A DNA stretch of 64,000 nt from an uncultured Chloroflexia bacterium (GCA_963746845.1 CAVVCZ010000004.1:224001-288000); one strand, 5' to 3'. Positions 28,903-38,632 are shown, numbered from the stretch's first letter. The notes: generated from the sequence alone by a model not told the origin. Numbers and translations are program-made.

Positions 28903-29396
28903 GCGGTGCCGACCAGGCCGGCCGGGTCGCGAACGAGCCGTCGGTCCTGGCCGGGCTGACGACGCTGGCGACGATCGTCGCGACCGTCGATCTCGAACGA
29001 GCCCTCGCGGATCTCGGCGAGCCGGCATCCGGGGTGGACGCCGTGTCGGCGATCGACGACCCGCATCTCGGGGCGGGCGTCGTCGTCGTGGACGCCGATC
29101 TCGACGGATGGATCGCCCTCGCCGAGCCCCGGACCGAGGGCCGCCTCACGGCGTGGCTTGCCCGGAACGGCGAAGGGATCGCTGGCCGCTACCTGGCGGC
29201 GGCGACCGGCGGACCGGAGGCGCCCGGCGCACCCGACGCGCTCGACGCGTTCCGGTCCCGGGCGGCGGCCGCCGGCGTCGACACCAGCCGCGTGGAGGTG
29301 GGCCCGTTCGGTCGATCGGTCCTGGTTCTCGCCGGTTCGGTCACCGGTCCGCACCTCGTCGTGGCCGAGCGGCGGACGCTACCATCGCGGCCATGA
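28899..29396 (+). CDS. Hypothetical protein (VOC/glyoxalase-like fragment)
   Basis: GTGA and ATGA overlaps; IALAEPRTEGRLTAWLARNGEGI resembles a VOC motif. Confidence 0.6.
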   Translation: MSGADQAGRVANEPSVLAGLTTLATIVATVDLERALADLGEPASGVDAVSAIDDPHLGAGVVVVDADLDGWIALAEPRTEGRLTAWLARNGEGIAGRYLAAATGGPEAPGAPDALDAFRSRAAAAGVDTSRVEVGPFGRSVLVLAGSVTGPHLVVAERRTLPSRP

Positions 29397-29833
29397 CCGA
29401 ACGCAACCCGACCACGATCCGTCCGGCCACCGCCGCCGATGCGGAGCGGATCGCCGCGCTGTTCACCGACGAGGGCTATCCGGCCGGGCCGAGCGACATC
29501 GTCGAGCGTCTCGCGCGCTTCGACTCCCCGCACTCACGGGTCCTCGTCGCCGATCACGACGGTGAGGTCCTCGGTTTCGTCGCCGTCCACGCCCTGCCCC
29601 GGTTCGAGCACTCGGACCGGATCATCCGCGTCATGGCCCTCGTCGTCGACGCCGCGGTCCGCGAGCGAGGGATCGGCCGGCTCCTGATGGAGGCGGCGGA
29701 GGATCTCGGCCGGGAGGTCGGCGCGGCATTCGCGGAGGTCACCGCGGGTCATCACCGTCCCGACGCGCGCCGCCTGTACGAGGAGATCGGCTACGACGGC
29801 ACCGTTGCCGCCTACCTCCGGAAGCGGCTCTGA
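29393..29833 (+). CDS. GNAT N-acetyltransferase
   Basis: LVVDAAVRERGIGRLLM, ARRLYEEIGY. Confidence 0.9.
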   Translation: MTERNPTTIRPATAADAERIAALFTDEGYPAGPSDIVERLARFDSPHSRVLVADHDGEVLGFVAVHALPRFEHSDRIIRVMALVVDAAVRERGIGRLLMEAAEDLGREVGAAFAEVTAGHHRPDARRLYEEIGYDGTVAAYLRKRL

Positions 29834-29870
29834 GCCCAGCGCCGACGATCGTCCCTGGCGCGGCGGACCG

Positions 29871-31220
29871 ATGACGGCCTTTCCGCGTCTGCGGCTGCGC
29901 GACACCGCGATCGATCTGGTCGACCTGCCGTGGGAGGCGGCCCTGGCCGACTGGCCGGCCGAGACGCTCGACTTCCGACATGTTCCGGTCGGCCCGTCGC
30001 GGCACCTCGTCCGGTTCCTCGCCGCGGGCGGCGTCCTGTACGCGCTGAAGGAGCTCCCGCTCGGGCCGGCCCGCCGGGAGTACCGCGTCCTCCTCCATCT
30101 CGAGGGCCTGCGCCTGCCGACCGTCGAGGCGGCGGGGATCGCCGAGGACCCGTCGGCGGATCGGGCGATCCTCGTGACGAAGTTCCTGCCGCACTCGCTC
30201 CAGTACCGGCGGCTGATGATGCGGCTCCCGCCGACGAGCGTGACCTACCGCGACCGGCTCCTCGACGCGATGGCCTTCCTCCTCGTCGACCTCCACCGCA
30301 CCGGCGTCTTCTGGGGCGACTGCTCACTCGCCAACACCCTGTTCCGCCGCGATGGCGACCGGATCCAGGCGTACCTCGTCGACGCCGAGACGAGCGAGGT
30401 CTTCCCGGCGCTGTCCGATGGGCAACGCGCCTACGACCTCGAGATCCTCGTCGAGAACGTCGCGTTCGGCCTGGCCGACCTGGCCGCGATGCAGGGCTGG
30501 GACGGGGAGTTCGACGAGTCGATCGCGGCCGCCGAGCGGGTCCGCGACCAGTACGGGCAGGTGTGGTCGCTGATCCATGACGAGCCGATCCTCCAGCCTG
30601 GCGACCGCCAGGCGATCCGGAGCCGCGTGCGGAAGCTGAACGAGCTGGGCTATTCGGTCGACCTGGAGGTCGACCCCGACGCAGCGGACGGACGGGTCCG
30701 CCTCCGGATGGGGGTGACCACGCGTCGCTTCCACGCCCGTGCGCTGGAACGGCGGACCCGGATCCGGGCGCTCGAGGGCCAGGCCCGGATGCTCCTCAAC
30801 GACCTCAACGAGTTCGAGGCCTGGAATGCCTGGCACGACGGTCACCCGTCGAGCCCGGAGGACGCCGCCGACCGATGGCTCCGCGAGGTCTACCGTCCGA
30901 CCCTCGCCCGGATCGCCGCCGCGGTCGGCCCGGATCGCGACCTCGTCCAGGCGTACTGCGACGTCCTGGAGGAGAAATGGTACCTGTCCGAGGGCGCCCA
31001 ACGCGACGTGGGCCTCGCCGAGGCGATCGACACGTACCTGGCGCTCGGTGCCCCGGCCCCCGAGACCGGCCGACGGGGCGACCCGACCGACGCCCTCGAC
31101 CCGGTGGAGCTGGATCTCGTCGAGCTGGGGTCGTTCCGGGACGAGCCGGCCGAGCCGCTCGTGGCGGGCGGAATCCCCGACGACGACCCGGACGAAGACG
31201 TGGCACCATCGGGCCGGTGA
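29871..31220 (+). CDS. DUF4032 domain protein (LPS-kinase-like fold)
   Basis: GPSRHLVRF, YALKEL, FWGDCSLANTLFRRD, AYLVDAETSE, EKWYLSE. Confidence 0.85.
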   Translation: MTAFPRLRLRDTAIDLVDLPWEAALADWPAETLDFRHVPVGPSRHLVRFLAAGGVLYALKELPLGPARREYRVLLHLEGLRLPTVEAAGIAEDPSADRAILVTKFLPHSLQYRRLMMRLPPTSVTYRDRLLDAMAFLLVDLHRTGVFWGDCSLANTLFRRDGDRIQAYLVDAETSEVFPALSDGQRAYDLEILVENVAFGLADLAAMQGWDGEFDESIAAAERVRDQYGQVWSLIHDEPILQPGDRQAIRSRVRKLNELGYSVDLEVDPDAADGRVRLRMGVTTRRFHARALERRTRIRALEGQARMLLNDLNEFEAWNAWHDGHPSSPEDAADRWLREVYRPTLARIAAAVGPDRDLVQAYCDVLEEKWYLSEGAQRDVGLAEAIDTYLALGAPAPETGRRGDPTDALDPVELDLVELGSFRDEPAEPLVAGGIPDDDPDEDVAPSGR

Positions 31221-32158
31221 ACCAGGGATCGGGGGCCGTCGCGGACGCCGTCATCCGCGTCGAGAACCTGCACAAGGCCTACGGCGACACGCGCGCCGTC
31301 GACGGCGTCAGCTTCGAGGTCGGGGCGGGAACGATCTTCGGCCTGCTCGGGCCGAACGGTGCCGGCAAGTCGACCACCGTCGAGATCCTCGAGGGGCTGC
31401 GCGAGCCGGACAGTGGCACCGTCAGCGTCCTCGGGATCGACGCCGTCCGCGACGCGGACGCCCTGCGCGCCCGGGTCGGCGTCTCGCTCCAGACCGCGGC
31501 GCTGTACCCGAAGCTCACCGTCACCGAGGTCCTGACCCTGTTCCGCGGGTTCTATCCATCGGGCCGGACGCCGAACGAGCTGATCGAGCTCATGGACCTC
31601 GGCGAGAAGCGCTCGACGCGGACCCAGAACCTGTCCGGCGGGCAGCGGCAGCGCCTGTCGGTCGCCCTGGCCCTCGTCAACGACCCCGAGCTCGTGTTCC
31701 TCGACGAGCCGACGACGGGCATGGATCCAGCCGCCCGGCGGGCGCTGTGGGACGTCGTCCTCGGGTTGCGCTCGGCCGGCCACACGGTGCTCCTGACGAC
31801 GCACTACCTCGAGGAGGCCGAGGTGCTGTGCGACCGGGTCGCGATCATGGACCACGGCAGGATCCTCGAGGAGGGCACGGTCGAGGAGCTCGTCAGCCGC
31901 CGGTTCAAGGAGCGGGCCGTCCGGTTCGACCCGATCGACGCGCTGCCGGACGCGCAGCTGACGGCCATGCCGGGTGTCACCCACGTCAAGCGCGAGGACG
32001 GGGAGGTGCTCGTGTACACGGCGGACGTCGCGGCAACGATCGGCGCCGTGATCGCCGCCGCCGAGGCCGTCGGCGTCGAGCCGGCCAACCTCGGCGTGCG
32101 GCGGGCCACCCTCGAGGACGTCTTCCTCGAGCTGACCGGCCGGGCTCTCCGGGACTAG
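31217..32158 (+). CDS. ABC transporter ATP-binding protein
   Basis: GPNGAGKST, LSGGQRQR, FLDEPTTG. Confidence 0.95.
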   Translation: MNQGSGAVADAVIRVENLHKAYGDTRAVDGVSFEVGAGTIFGLLGPNGAGKSTTVEILEGLREPDSGTVSVLGIDAVRDADALRARVGVSLQTAALYPKLTVTEVLTLFRGFYPSGRTPNELIELMDLGEKRSTRTQNLSGGQRQRLSVALALVNDPELVFLDEPTTGMDPAARRALWDVVLGLRSAGHTVLLTTHYLEEAEVLCDRVAIMDHGRILEEGTVEELVSRRFKERAVRFDPIDALPDAQLTAMPGVTHVKREDGEVLVYTADVAATIGAVIAAAEAVGVEPANLGVRRATLEDVFLELTGRALRD

Positions 32159-32166
32159 CCGGACCG

Positions 32167-33249
32167 ATGCGCGCGCTCCTGCTTCTGACCGAGGCGAACA
32201 TCAAGAGCTTCACGCGCGACCGTGCGGCGCTCTTCTGGACCCTGGCGTTCCCGCTGATCTTCGTCGTCCTCTTCGGGTCGATCTTCTCGGGCGGCAACAA
32301 CGACCGAACGATCGGGTTCGCCGACCTGGACGGCAGCGCGACTTCGCAGAAGCTGGCCGACGCGTTCGCCGCGGTCGACGGGGTGAAGCTGGAGACGGGC
32401 GATCCGACCGAGCTCCAGGCGAAGATGAAGGACGGCCAGCTGTCGGCGGTCATCGTCGTCCCGAAGGGGTTCGAGGCGACCGTCACGTCGAAGACGGCCC
32501 CGGCCCAGGTGACGATCTACACCGATCCGAGCCAGAGCGCGGCCGATGGCGCCACCCGGCAGCTCGTCGGGTACGTGCTCGCCGCCGTGAACCAGCAGGC
32601 GGCCGGCGTGCCGCCCGCGGTCCTGCCGACGTTCGCGGCGATCCAGACGAACGACCTCTCGTTCATCTCGTACCTCGTGCCGTCGATCCTCGGGATGTCC
32701 CTCATGCAGGTCGGGATCTTCGCCGCGATCCCGCTCGTCGCCGACCGCTCGAAGCTGATCCTCAAACGCCTCCAGGCGACGCCGCTGCGGCGCTGGCAGC
32801 TGGTCGGCAGCAACGTGCTGATGCGCCTGCTGATCGCCGTCATCCAGACGATCATCATCGTCGGCGTCGGGGCCACGTTCTACGGCGTCGAGATCGCGGG
32901 GTCGTGGTGGATGATCTCCGGCCTGATCCTGCTCGGGTCGGTGACGTTCATCGCCTTCGGCTACGTCATTGCGTCCTTCGCCAAGACGGAAGACGCCGCG
33001 AACGCGATGACGAGCGCCGTCCAGTTCCCGCTGATGTTCCTGTCGGGGACGTTCTTCCCGATCGCGGCGATGCCGGACGCCCTCAAGGCGGTCGCCCGGA
33101 TCCTGCCGCTCACGTACCTGAATGACGCCCTGCGGCAGGTCATGGTCGACGGGACGCCGTTCGCGCCGCTCTGGTTCTGCGTCGCGTTCCTGTTCGCCTG
33201 GCTCTTCGGCTGCCTGGCCATCGCCGCCCGCTACTTCAAGTGGCAGTAA
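32167..33249 (+). CDS. ABC-2 type permease
   Basis: LFWTLAFPLIF, LKRLQATPL, PLMFLSGTFFP. Confidence 0.92.
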   Translation: MRALLLLTEANIKSFTRDRAALFWTLAFPLIFVVLFGSIFSGGNNDRTIGFADLDGSATSQKLADAFAAVDGVKLETGDPTELQAKMKDGQLSAVIVVPKGFEATVTSKTAPAQVTIYTDPSQSAADGATRQLVGYVLAAVNQQAAGVPPAVLPTFAAIQTNDLSFISYLVPSILGMSLMQVGIFAAIPLVADRSKLILKRLQATPLRRWQLVGSNVLMRLLIAVIQTIIIVGVGATFYGVEIAGSWWMISGLILLGSVTFIAFGYVIASFAKTEDAANAMTSAVQFPLMFLSGTFFPIAAMPDALKAVARILPLTYLNDALRQVMVDGTPFAPLWFCVAFLFAWLFGCLAIAARYFKWQ

Positions 33250-33257
33250 CCGAAGAA

Positions 33258-33377
33258 ACGCCCCTCCAGGGGCGCCGAGGCCAAGGCGGCGGCGAGCACC
33301 GGAGCGAGCGCACTTCAGGGTGCGTGAGCGAGGAGCGGAGTCGCCAACGCGGGCATCGGTGCATCCTGGAGGGGCGT
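33258..33377 (+). repeat. Structured intergenic repeat element, copy 2
   Basis: Near-identical loop sequences to copy 1 with compensatory stems; about 21-bp outer stem; lies between convergent genes. Confidence 0.8.
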
Positions 33378-33916
33378 CACCAGCGCTCGTCGTGGACGAT
33401 GTCAGCGAGGGCGACCCGCCCGCCGGCCTTGTTCGGCCGGGTGAGGTCGTCGGGGTCCGCCGGGTAGCCGAACGAGAGCAGGTACTCGCACCGGTGGTCC
33501 TCCGGGTAGCCGAGGAGCTCACGGGCGAGATCGTGCTCGTAGACCGTCGCCGGGACGCTCCCGATCCCGAGCTCCCAGGCGACCAGCATCATGTTCCCGG
33601 CGGCCATCCCGAGGTCGAACATCACCGAGAGCGGGCTGTCGGCGGCCGTCGGGTCGGGCGTCACGAGCGCCACCGCGACCGACGCTCCGGCGATGTGTCC
33701 GGCCCACGGCCCGACCGCCGCGAGCGCGCGCAGGTGGACCGGGTCCCGGCAGACGATGAAGTGCCAGCGCTGGAGGTTCTTCGAGCTCGCGGCTCGGCGA
33801 CCCGCATTGAGGATCCGGACGAGCTCGTCGGCCTCGATCGGGCGGTCGGAGAACCGCCGGATGACCCGCTTGTGCTCGACGGCGTCCCAGACCGACAGCG
33901 TGGGCTCGCCGTTCAC
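33377..33916 (-). CDS. Nitroreductase family protein
   Basis: KRVIRRFSDRPI, AASSKNLQRWHF, AGNMMLVAWELGIGS. Confidence 0.9.
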   Translation of the reverse strand: MNGEPTLSVWDAVEHKRVIRRFSDRPIEADELVRILNAGRRAASSKNLQRWHFIVCRDPVHLRALAAVGPWAGHIAGASVAVALVTPDPTAADSPLSVMFDLGMAAGNMMLVAWELGIGSVPATVYEHDLARELLGYPEDHRCEYLLSFGYPADPDDLTRPNKAGGRVALADIVHDERW

Positions 33917-35091
33917 CGCACCACGCCCGCGGGGGGTGGATTGGCGGGGCTGGACCACGTCGCAGCATCGCTTTCGGGGTCCTCGATGTCGGCGATGCCC
34001 TGACCGGCCGCCCGGAACGGAACCGCGAGCGCGACGAGGGAGCGGAGCCCGCCGGGCTCGCGCTGGACCGCCGTCGGCGGGCGGGGCGTGTCGGGCATGC
34101 GATGGGCGTCCGCCGCCGCCGCGGCGGCCGCGGCCTCGTCCGGTATGAGCGGCCCACCGAGGGTCTCGGCCAGGAAGCCCGCGACGACCCGCCGGTACTC
34201 GGGGAACTCGTAGAGCCAGGAGTGCTGGCCGCCCTCGATCGTCAGGGTCCGGACGTTCGCACCCGCCGACTCGGCGATGCCGGCGAGCCGGCGCAGGTGG
34301 GCCACGGGGACCACGGGGTCCGCGGATCCATGGATCAGGAGGATCGGCCGGTCGATCGTCCGCAGCGCCGCGCTCGCGGAGATCTCACCGACGTGATGGC
34401 CACGGGGCCGGAGGTAGACGCGGGTCGTCAGCCAGGCGAGGGGCCAGGCGATGAACCCCGGGAACGGCAGCCGGGCGAGCCGGAACGTCTGGCGGGTCAG
34501 GCGCCACGGGTCGGCGGGTGCCGACGTCGCCACGACCGCGGCGACCCGCGGTTCAGCGGCGGTCGCGAGGATCGCCCCGATCGCCCCCATCGAGTGCCCG
34601 GCGATCGCCCCGGTCGTCACCTCGGGCCGGGCGTCGAGCGCATGGAAGGCTGCCAGCGCATCCGACCCGAACTCGCCGGCGGTGATCGGCAGGCTCTCGG
34701 CGGCATTGGCGCCGTGGCCGCGGACGTCGATCGCGAGGCAGTGGAAGCCCGCGGCGTGGAGGAAGACGGCCATCGGCAGGAGCCGGTCGCGGGCGGACTC
34801 CCAGCCGTGGACCAGGGCGACCCCGGGTCCCGGCTTGCCGCCTCGGGCGGGGATGAACCAGCCCGGCAGCGTCAGGTCGCCGGACGGCACGTCGACGGCC
34901 TCGAAGGGAAGACCGAGGTCCGCGGGCGTGATCTGCGGTGGACGCGGGACGGGAAAGCCGGCCCGGACGCGATACAGGACCGCGAAGCGATAGGCGAGGG
35001 CGAACGGGGCGGCGCCGATCGCGGCGACGAGGCCCGCCCGGCGGAGGGTCGGCACCTCGCTATGGGACGGCCCACCGGCCGCCCCTGTCAA
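33913..35091 (-). CDS. Alpha/beta hydrolase
   Basis: VHGWES, GHSMG nucleophile elbow, HGSADPVV, GGQHS; start uncertain. Confidence 0.88.
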   Translation of the reverse strand: MTGAAGGPSHSEVPTLRRAGLVAAIGAAPFALAYRFAVLYRVRAGFPVPRPPQITPADLGLPFEAVDVPSGDLTLPGWFIPARGGKPGPGVALVHGWESARDRLLPMAVFLHAAGFHCLAIDVRGHGANAAESLPITAGEFGSDALAAFHALDARPEVTTGAIAGHSMGAIGAILATAAEPRVAAVVATSAPADPWRLTRQTFRLARLPFPGFIAWPLAWLTTRVYLRPRGHHVGEISASAALRTIDRPILLIHGSADPVVPVAHLRRLAGIAESAGANVRTLTIEGGQHSWLYEFPEYRRVVAGFLAETLGGPLIPDEAAAAAAAADAHRMPDTPRPPTAVQREPGGLRSLVALAVPFRAAGQGIADIEDPESDAATWSSPANPPPAGVVR

Positions 35092-35135
35092 GCGTGCGGG
35101 CGTGTCGGTCCGGACGCGGCCGATATCATCGACGC

Positions 35136-35903
35136 GTGGCCAAGCGCGATCCGCACGCCGTCCTCGGCATCGAGCCCGGGGCGTCGCCGACCCAGATCAA
35201 GGCGGCATGGCGCCGGCTCGCCCGCCAGCATCACCCCGACCTGATCGGCGACGATCCGGCCGCGTCCCGGGTCGCTACGCGGCAGATGGCCGAGATCAAC
35301 GAGGCCTATGCGGCCCTGACGCGGGCCGACGGGGTCCAGGGCAGTCGATGGCGCGACGGTGCGGCGGGGACGAGAACCGGGCCTGGAGGCGACGACGGCG
35401 CCGCCGGTTCGACCGGCGCCCGGCGCGGCGGTCCCCCGCGACCGCGTCCTTCGCGTCCCGTGACCGCCCGCGTCGACACGACGGAGACCTTCCGCCCGCG
35501 CAACCAGCCGCTCCGACCGGCGACGGCGACCGGCGGCGCCGCGAGCCCGCTGCCCGGCCAGCCGCCGTACCGGGTTCCGATCGACGAGCGGGAGCCGCCG
35601 CGCGCCAGCACGCCGACCGGACCCCTTGCTCGGTCGCGGATCCGCAACTTCCGTCGCCCGGCCGGTCCGCCGCTGGGCGATGCCCTCGATGTCGAGCTGG
35701 CGTTCGGCAAGTTCCACGGGCACACCCTCGGCCAGGTCGCGGCATTCGAGCCGTCCTACATCGACTGGCTGGCGGCGACGATCACCCGCGACCCCGAGCT
35801 CGTCGCGGCCGCCCGCGTCGTCCGGGACGATCTCGACGACCGGGGTGTCGTCCGGCGGTCGCGTCCGCCGACGACTACGGCGAGGACCGGCCAGACCGCC
35901 TGA
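35136..35903 (+). CDS. J-domain protein with C-terminal ExoX-C/DUF3820-like motif
   Basis: DPHAVLG...AWRRLARQHHPD...INEAY; C-terminal LAFGKFHGHTLGQVAAFEPSYIDWL. Confidence 0.85.
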   Translation: MAKRDPHAVLGIEPGASPTQIKAAWRRLARQHHPDLIGDDPAASRVATRQMAEINEAYAALTRADGVQGSRWRDGAAGTRTGPGGDDGAAGSTGARRGGPPRPRPSRPVTARVDTTETFRPRNQPLRPATATGGAASPLPGQPPYRVPIDEREPPRASTPTGPLARSRIRNFRRPAGPPLGDALDVELAFGKFHGHTLGQVAAFEPSYIDWLAATITRDPELVAAARVVRDDLDDRGVVRRSRPPTTTARTGQTA

Positions 35904-35924
35904 GGGTCACACCGCCGGACATGA

Positions 35925-35959
35925 AACGATCGCCTCCGGATACCCGGATGGCGATCGTT
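35925..35959. terminator. Hairpin terminator (U-tract on minus strand)
   Basis: AACGATCGCC-TCCGG-ATAC-CCGGA-T-GGCGATCGTT. Confidence 0.65.
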
Positions 35960-36335
35960 GAGATGGCGACGGTGACGTTCGAGCGATGAGCTCTGCCGTA
36001 TCGCGGCTCGGGCCTGCTGGCCGATGATCCGTGGTTACTCGGCTCGTGGCCTGGATCCGGGATCCGCGGCGCTCCAACCGTCATGGAGAACCGAAGGCCG
36101 TTCCCTGGCCCGTGACCGACGCCCCAGGTTGTCCCCGAGTGTGTCGCGTTACGGCACGGTGCAACCCTACGCCCGATGGATCACCCGGCTCAATGGGCGA
36201 TCCGTCCCGGACGGCCTGCGGCGATGGTCGGGCGCACGAGCGCACCAATCCGGGACGGCCGTACCAGGTGCCAGGTGGCACCACCCCGCAACGGGTGAAC
36301 GGCGCTGATCGGGGCGCTCGTGTGGGGCCACGCCC

Positions 36336-37619
36336 TCAGAGGACGTCATGCCGGCCGGCTGTCATCGGCCGGTCGAGACGGAACGGGTTGGCCCCCGGGA
36401 CGTCGGCCCGCAACCCCCACGCGGGCCCGCTCGGGCGGCCGCTGATTGCGTCGAGCAGAAGCCGGCTGCCGCCGCCGCTGCCCATCACCCCGTGGCCGCT
36501 CCACCCGCCGTTCAGCCACAGCCCCTCGATTCGCGTGGCGCCGACGAACGGGCGATGGTCGGGCGTGTACTCGTACTGGCCGGCCTGGATCACCCAGGTG
36601 ACACCCCGCTCCCAGAGATCGGCCCAGAACGGGGCGACGGCCGCGAGGCTGTCCGGCGAGGCGGGATCCAGCAGCCGGAAGGCAAAGTCGGCCGAGGTCG
36701 GCACGCTCCAGACCGGGTCGCTCGCCGGCGTGCCCCCCTCGGTCAACAGGGCGAACGCGCCCCGGAGCGCCGGTCGCCAGTGGGCGCCGGTGGACTCGTC
36801 GATCGTCATCGGGGCGTCCTGGGGCACGTCCGGGGCGTCGGCGATGACGACCTTCTGCCGGCGGGTCGGTGCGATCGGGACCTCGACGCCCGCGAGCGCG
36901 GCGGTCCGGCCGAGGAACGGACCCGTCGCGAGGATGACGATGGGTGCGGCGACCGCTCCGTCATGGGTCTGGACTGCGACGATCCGGTCCGCAACCACCC
37001 GCAGCTCCGTGACGCGCTGGCCGAAGGCGAACGTCGCGTCGGCGGCGCCGGCCGGCCGGTCCACGCCCGGGCCGCCGGACGCGGCGAGCGCGTAGCCCCA
37101 CGCGAGCCGGACCTGGTCGATGAACCCGTCGCCCGCCCGGAAGCGCGCCTGGAGAACCGTGTCCGCGACATACGGGAACCGTCGCCGCACTTCGTCGCCG
37201 TCGAGCAGCTCCACGTCGTCGAGGCCGAACGCCCGCTGCCGCCCGACCAGGTCGCGCTGGCGTGCCACCGCCTCGTCGTCGAGCGCGCAGAACAGGTAGC
37301 CCTGCTTGCGCAACCCGAGGTCGTACCCGGGCAGTCCGGCCCGGTCCGCGAACGCCTCGTACAGCTCGATCCCCTCGCGGACGAGGGCCACCTCCTCGGG
37401 GTTGTCGAACTGGAGGCGGAAGGCGCCGGTCGCGGCGGGCGTCGTCAGCGTCGCCGGCCGCGGCCGGGCATCGAGGACGACGGTCCGGTAGCCGGCGCGC
37501 GCGGCCCGGAACGCGGTGGCGCAGCCGACGACCCCGGCGCCGACGACGACGACGTCGGCCGTCGCGGGGAGCAGGTCGGTCGTCCGCAACCGGAACGCGC
37601 CGAGGGGCTGTGGCGGCAT
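36336..37619 (-). CDS. FAD-dependent oxidoreductase (DAO/sarcosine oxidase beta-like)
   Basis: VVVGAGVVG, YEYTPDHRP, GWSGHGVMG. Confidence 0.9.
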   Translation of the reverse strand: MPPQPLGAFRLRTTDLLPATADVVVVGAGVVGCATAFRAARAGYRTVVLDARPRPATLTTPAATGAFRLQFDNPEEVALVREGIELYEAFADRAGLPGYDLGLRKQGYLFCALDDEAVARQRDLVGRQRAFGLDDVELLDGDEVRRRFPYVADTVLQARFRAGDGFIDQVRLAWGYALAASGGPGVDRPAGAADATFAFGQRVTELRVVADRIVAVQTHDGAVAAPIVILATGPFLGRTAALAGVEVPIAPTRRQKVVIADAPDVPQDAPMTIDESTGAHWRPALRGAFALLTEGGTPASDPVWSVPTSADFAFRLLDPASPDSLAAVAPFWADLWERGVTWVIQAGQYEYTPDHRPFVGATRIEGLWLNGGWSGHGVMGSGGGSRLLLDAISGRPSGPAWGLRADVPGANPFRLDRPMTAGRHDVL

Positions 37620-37638
37620 CGCGCCGTATCATCGCCCC

Positions 37639-38361
37639 ATGCCCCCTCGTTCGCGACCTGGTTCTCGCATGGCCGCAGCCCGCCTCCGTGGGGGCCTCGT
37701 GCTGGCCGTCGCCCTCGTCGCGCTCGCCGTGGCCGGCTGCGGGAGCAACTTCGATCCGACCGGTCCGTGCACGAGCGACGGACGGGCCCCGGGCGCGTAC
37801 CCGGAGCTGGAATCGGTCATCCCGAAGACCTTCCGGGGCGGTCCGCCGCGCCAGCTCGACTCGGGCCGCACGTGCTCCACGGATGGGCTCGCGACGCTGA
37901 AGCCGCACGGGATCGACGAGCTGCACTACGCAGGTGCCGTCTGGGACACCGGCGACGACAGCGGCATCTCCCTCGCGACGTTCCGGAGCGGCGGTACGAC
38001 CGCCCTGCGGCCGGAGTGGGTCAGCGAGTTCTACGAGACGGGAGCTCGGAACGGCAAGAACGTCACGAGCGTCAACACGGCGCCGTACCCCGTCGCTCCG
38101 GGCATCAGCGGAACCAAGACCGACGTGCTCAACGACGAGTCGTACCAGAGCGTCGTGATCTGGGAGCGGGGAGGGCGCATCGAGATCGCGCTGATCGCCG
38201 ACTTCATCCGCGAGATCCAGACCCGCGAGGCGCACGAGAAGGTCGTTCGCGAAGCGGTCGATGCGTGGCTCACCGCCGACGGCATCCTGCCGAGCCCCGC
38301 AGCATCGCCGATGCCGAGTTCAGGGGCGCCCGCCTCGGCGACGCCGTCAGGAGGCGAGTGA
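37639..38361 (+). CDS. Hypothetical lipoprotein
   Basis: Lipobox VAGC after a hydrophobic stretch; TATCAT-N6-ATG start context. Confidence 0.78.
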   Translation: MPPRSRPGSRMAAARLRGGLVLAVALVALAVAGCGSNFDPTGPCTSDGRAPGAYPELESVIPKTFRGGPPRQLDSGRTCSTDGLATLKPHGIDELHYAGAVWDTGDDSGISLATFRSGGTTALRPEWVSEFYETGARNGKNVTSVNTAPYPVAPGISGTKTDVLNDESYQSVVIWERGGRIEIALIADFIREIQTREAHEKVVREAVDAWLTADGILPSPAASPMPSSGAPASATPSGGE

Positions 38362-38362
38362 C

Positions 38363-38575
38363 ATGTTGAGATGGGCCCTCCGGTTCTTCCTGATCCGGGT
38401 CCTCCCGGGTCGGGTGATCCTGCTCATGAGCCTGGCCGATTTGTTCTTCCTCATCCGATCCCTCCGACGCCGCGCCCGGCCGCTCTTCTCGGGCGATGGC
38501 GGGACCGCGGAGACGGGGCGGCCGGGGAGGGCATCCGGCGTCGATCAGGCGGCGCCTCGTCCCCGCCGGGGCTGA
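38363..38575 (+). CDS. Small hypothetical membrane-associated protein
   Basis: GGAGG RBS, start 1 nt after the previous stop, amphipathic N-terminus. Confidence 0.5.
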   Translation: MLRWALRFFLIRVLPGRVILLMSLADLFFLIRSLRRRARPLFSGDGGTAETGRPGRASGVDQAAPRPRRG

Positions 38576-38632
38576 TCCGGGGCGCTGACCCGGGCCATCG
38601 GGCCGACCCACCCCCCGTGCTAGCGTAGGCCC

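Noticed and set aside
36085-36140. Partial resemblance (CGGGGACAACCTGGGGC, minus strand) to the c-di-AMP riboswitch
   Set aside because: It lacks the GCTGAAT and CCCGTCAGCTAAC elements and has no downstream ORF.
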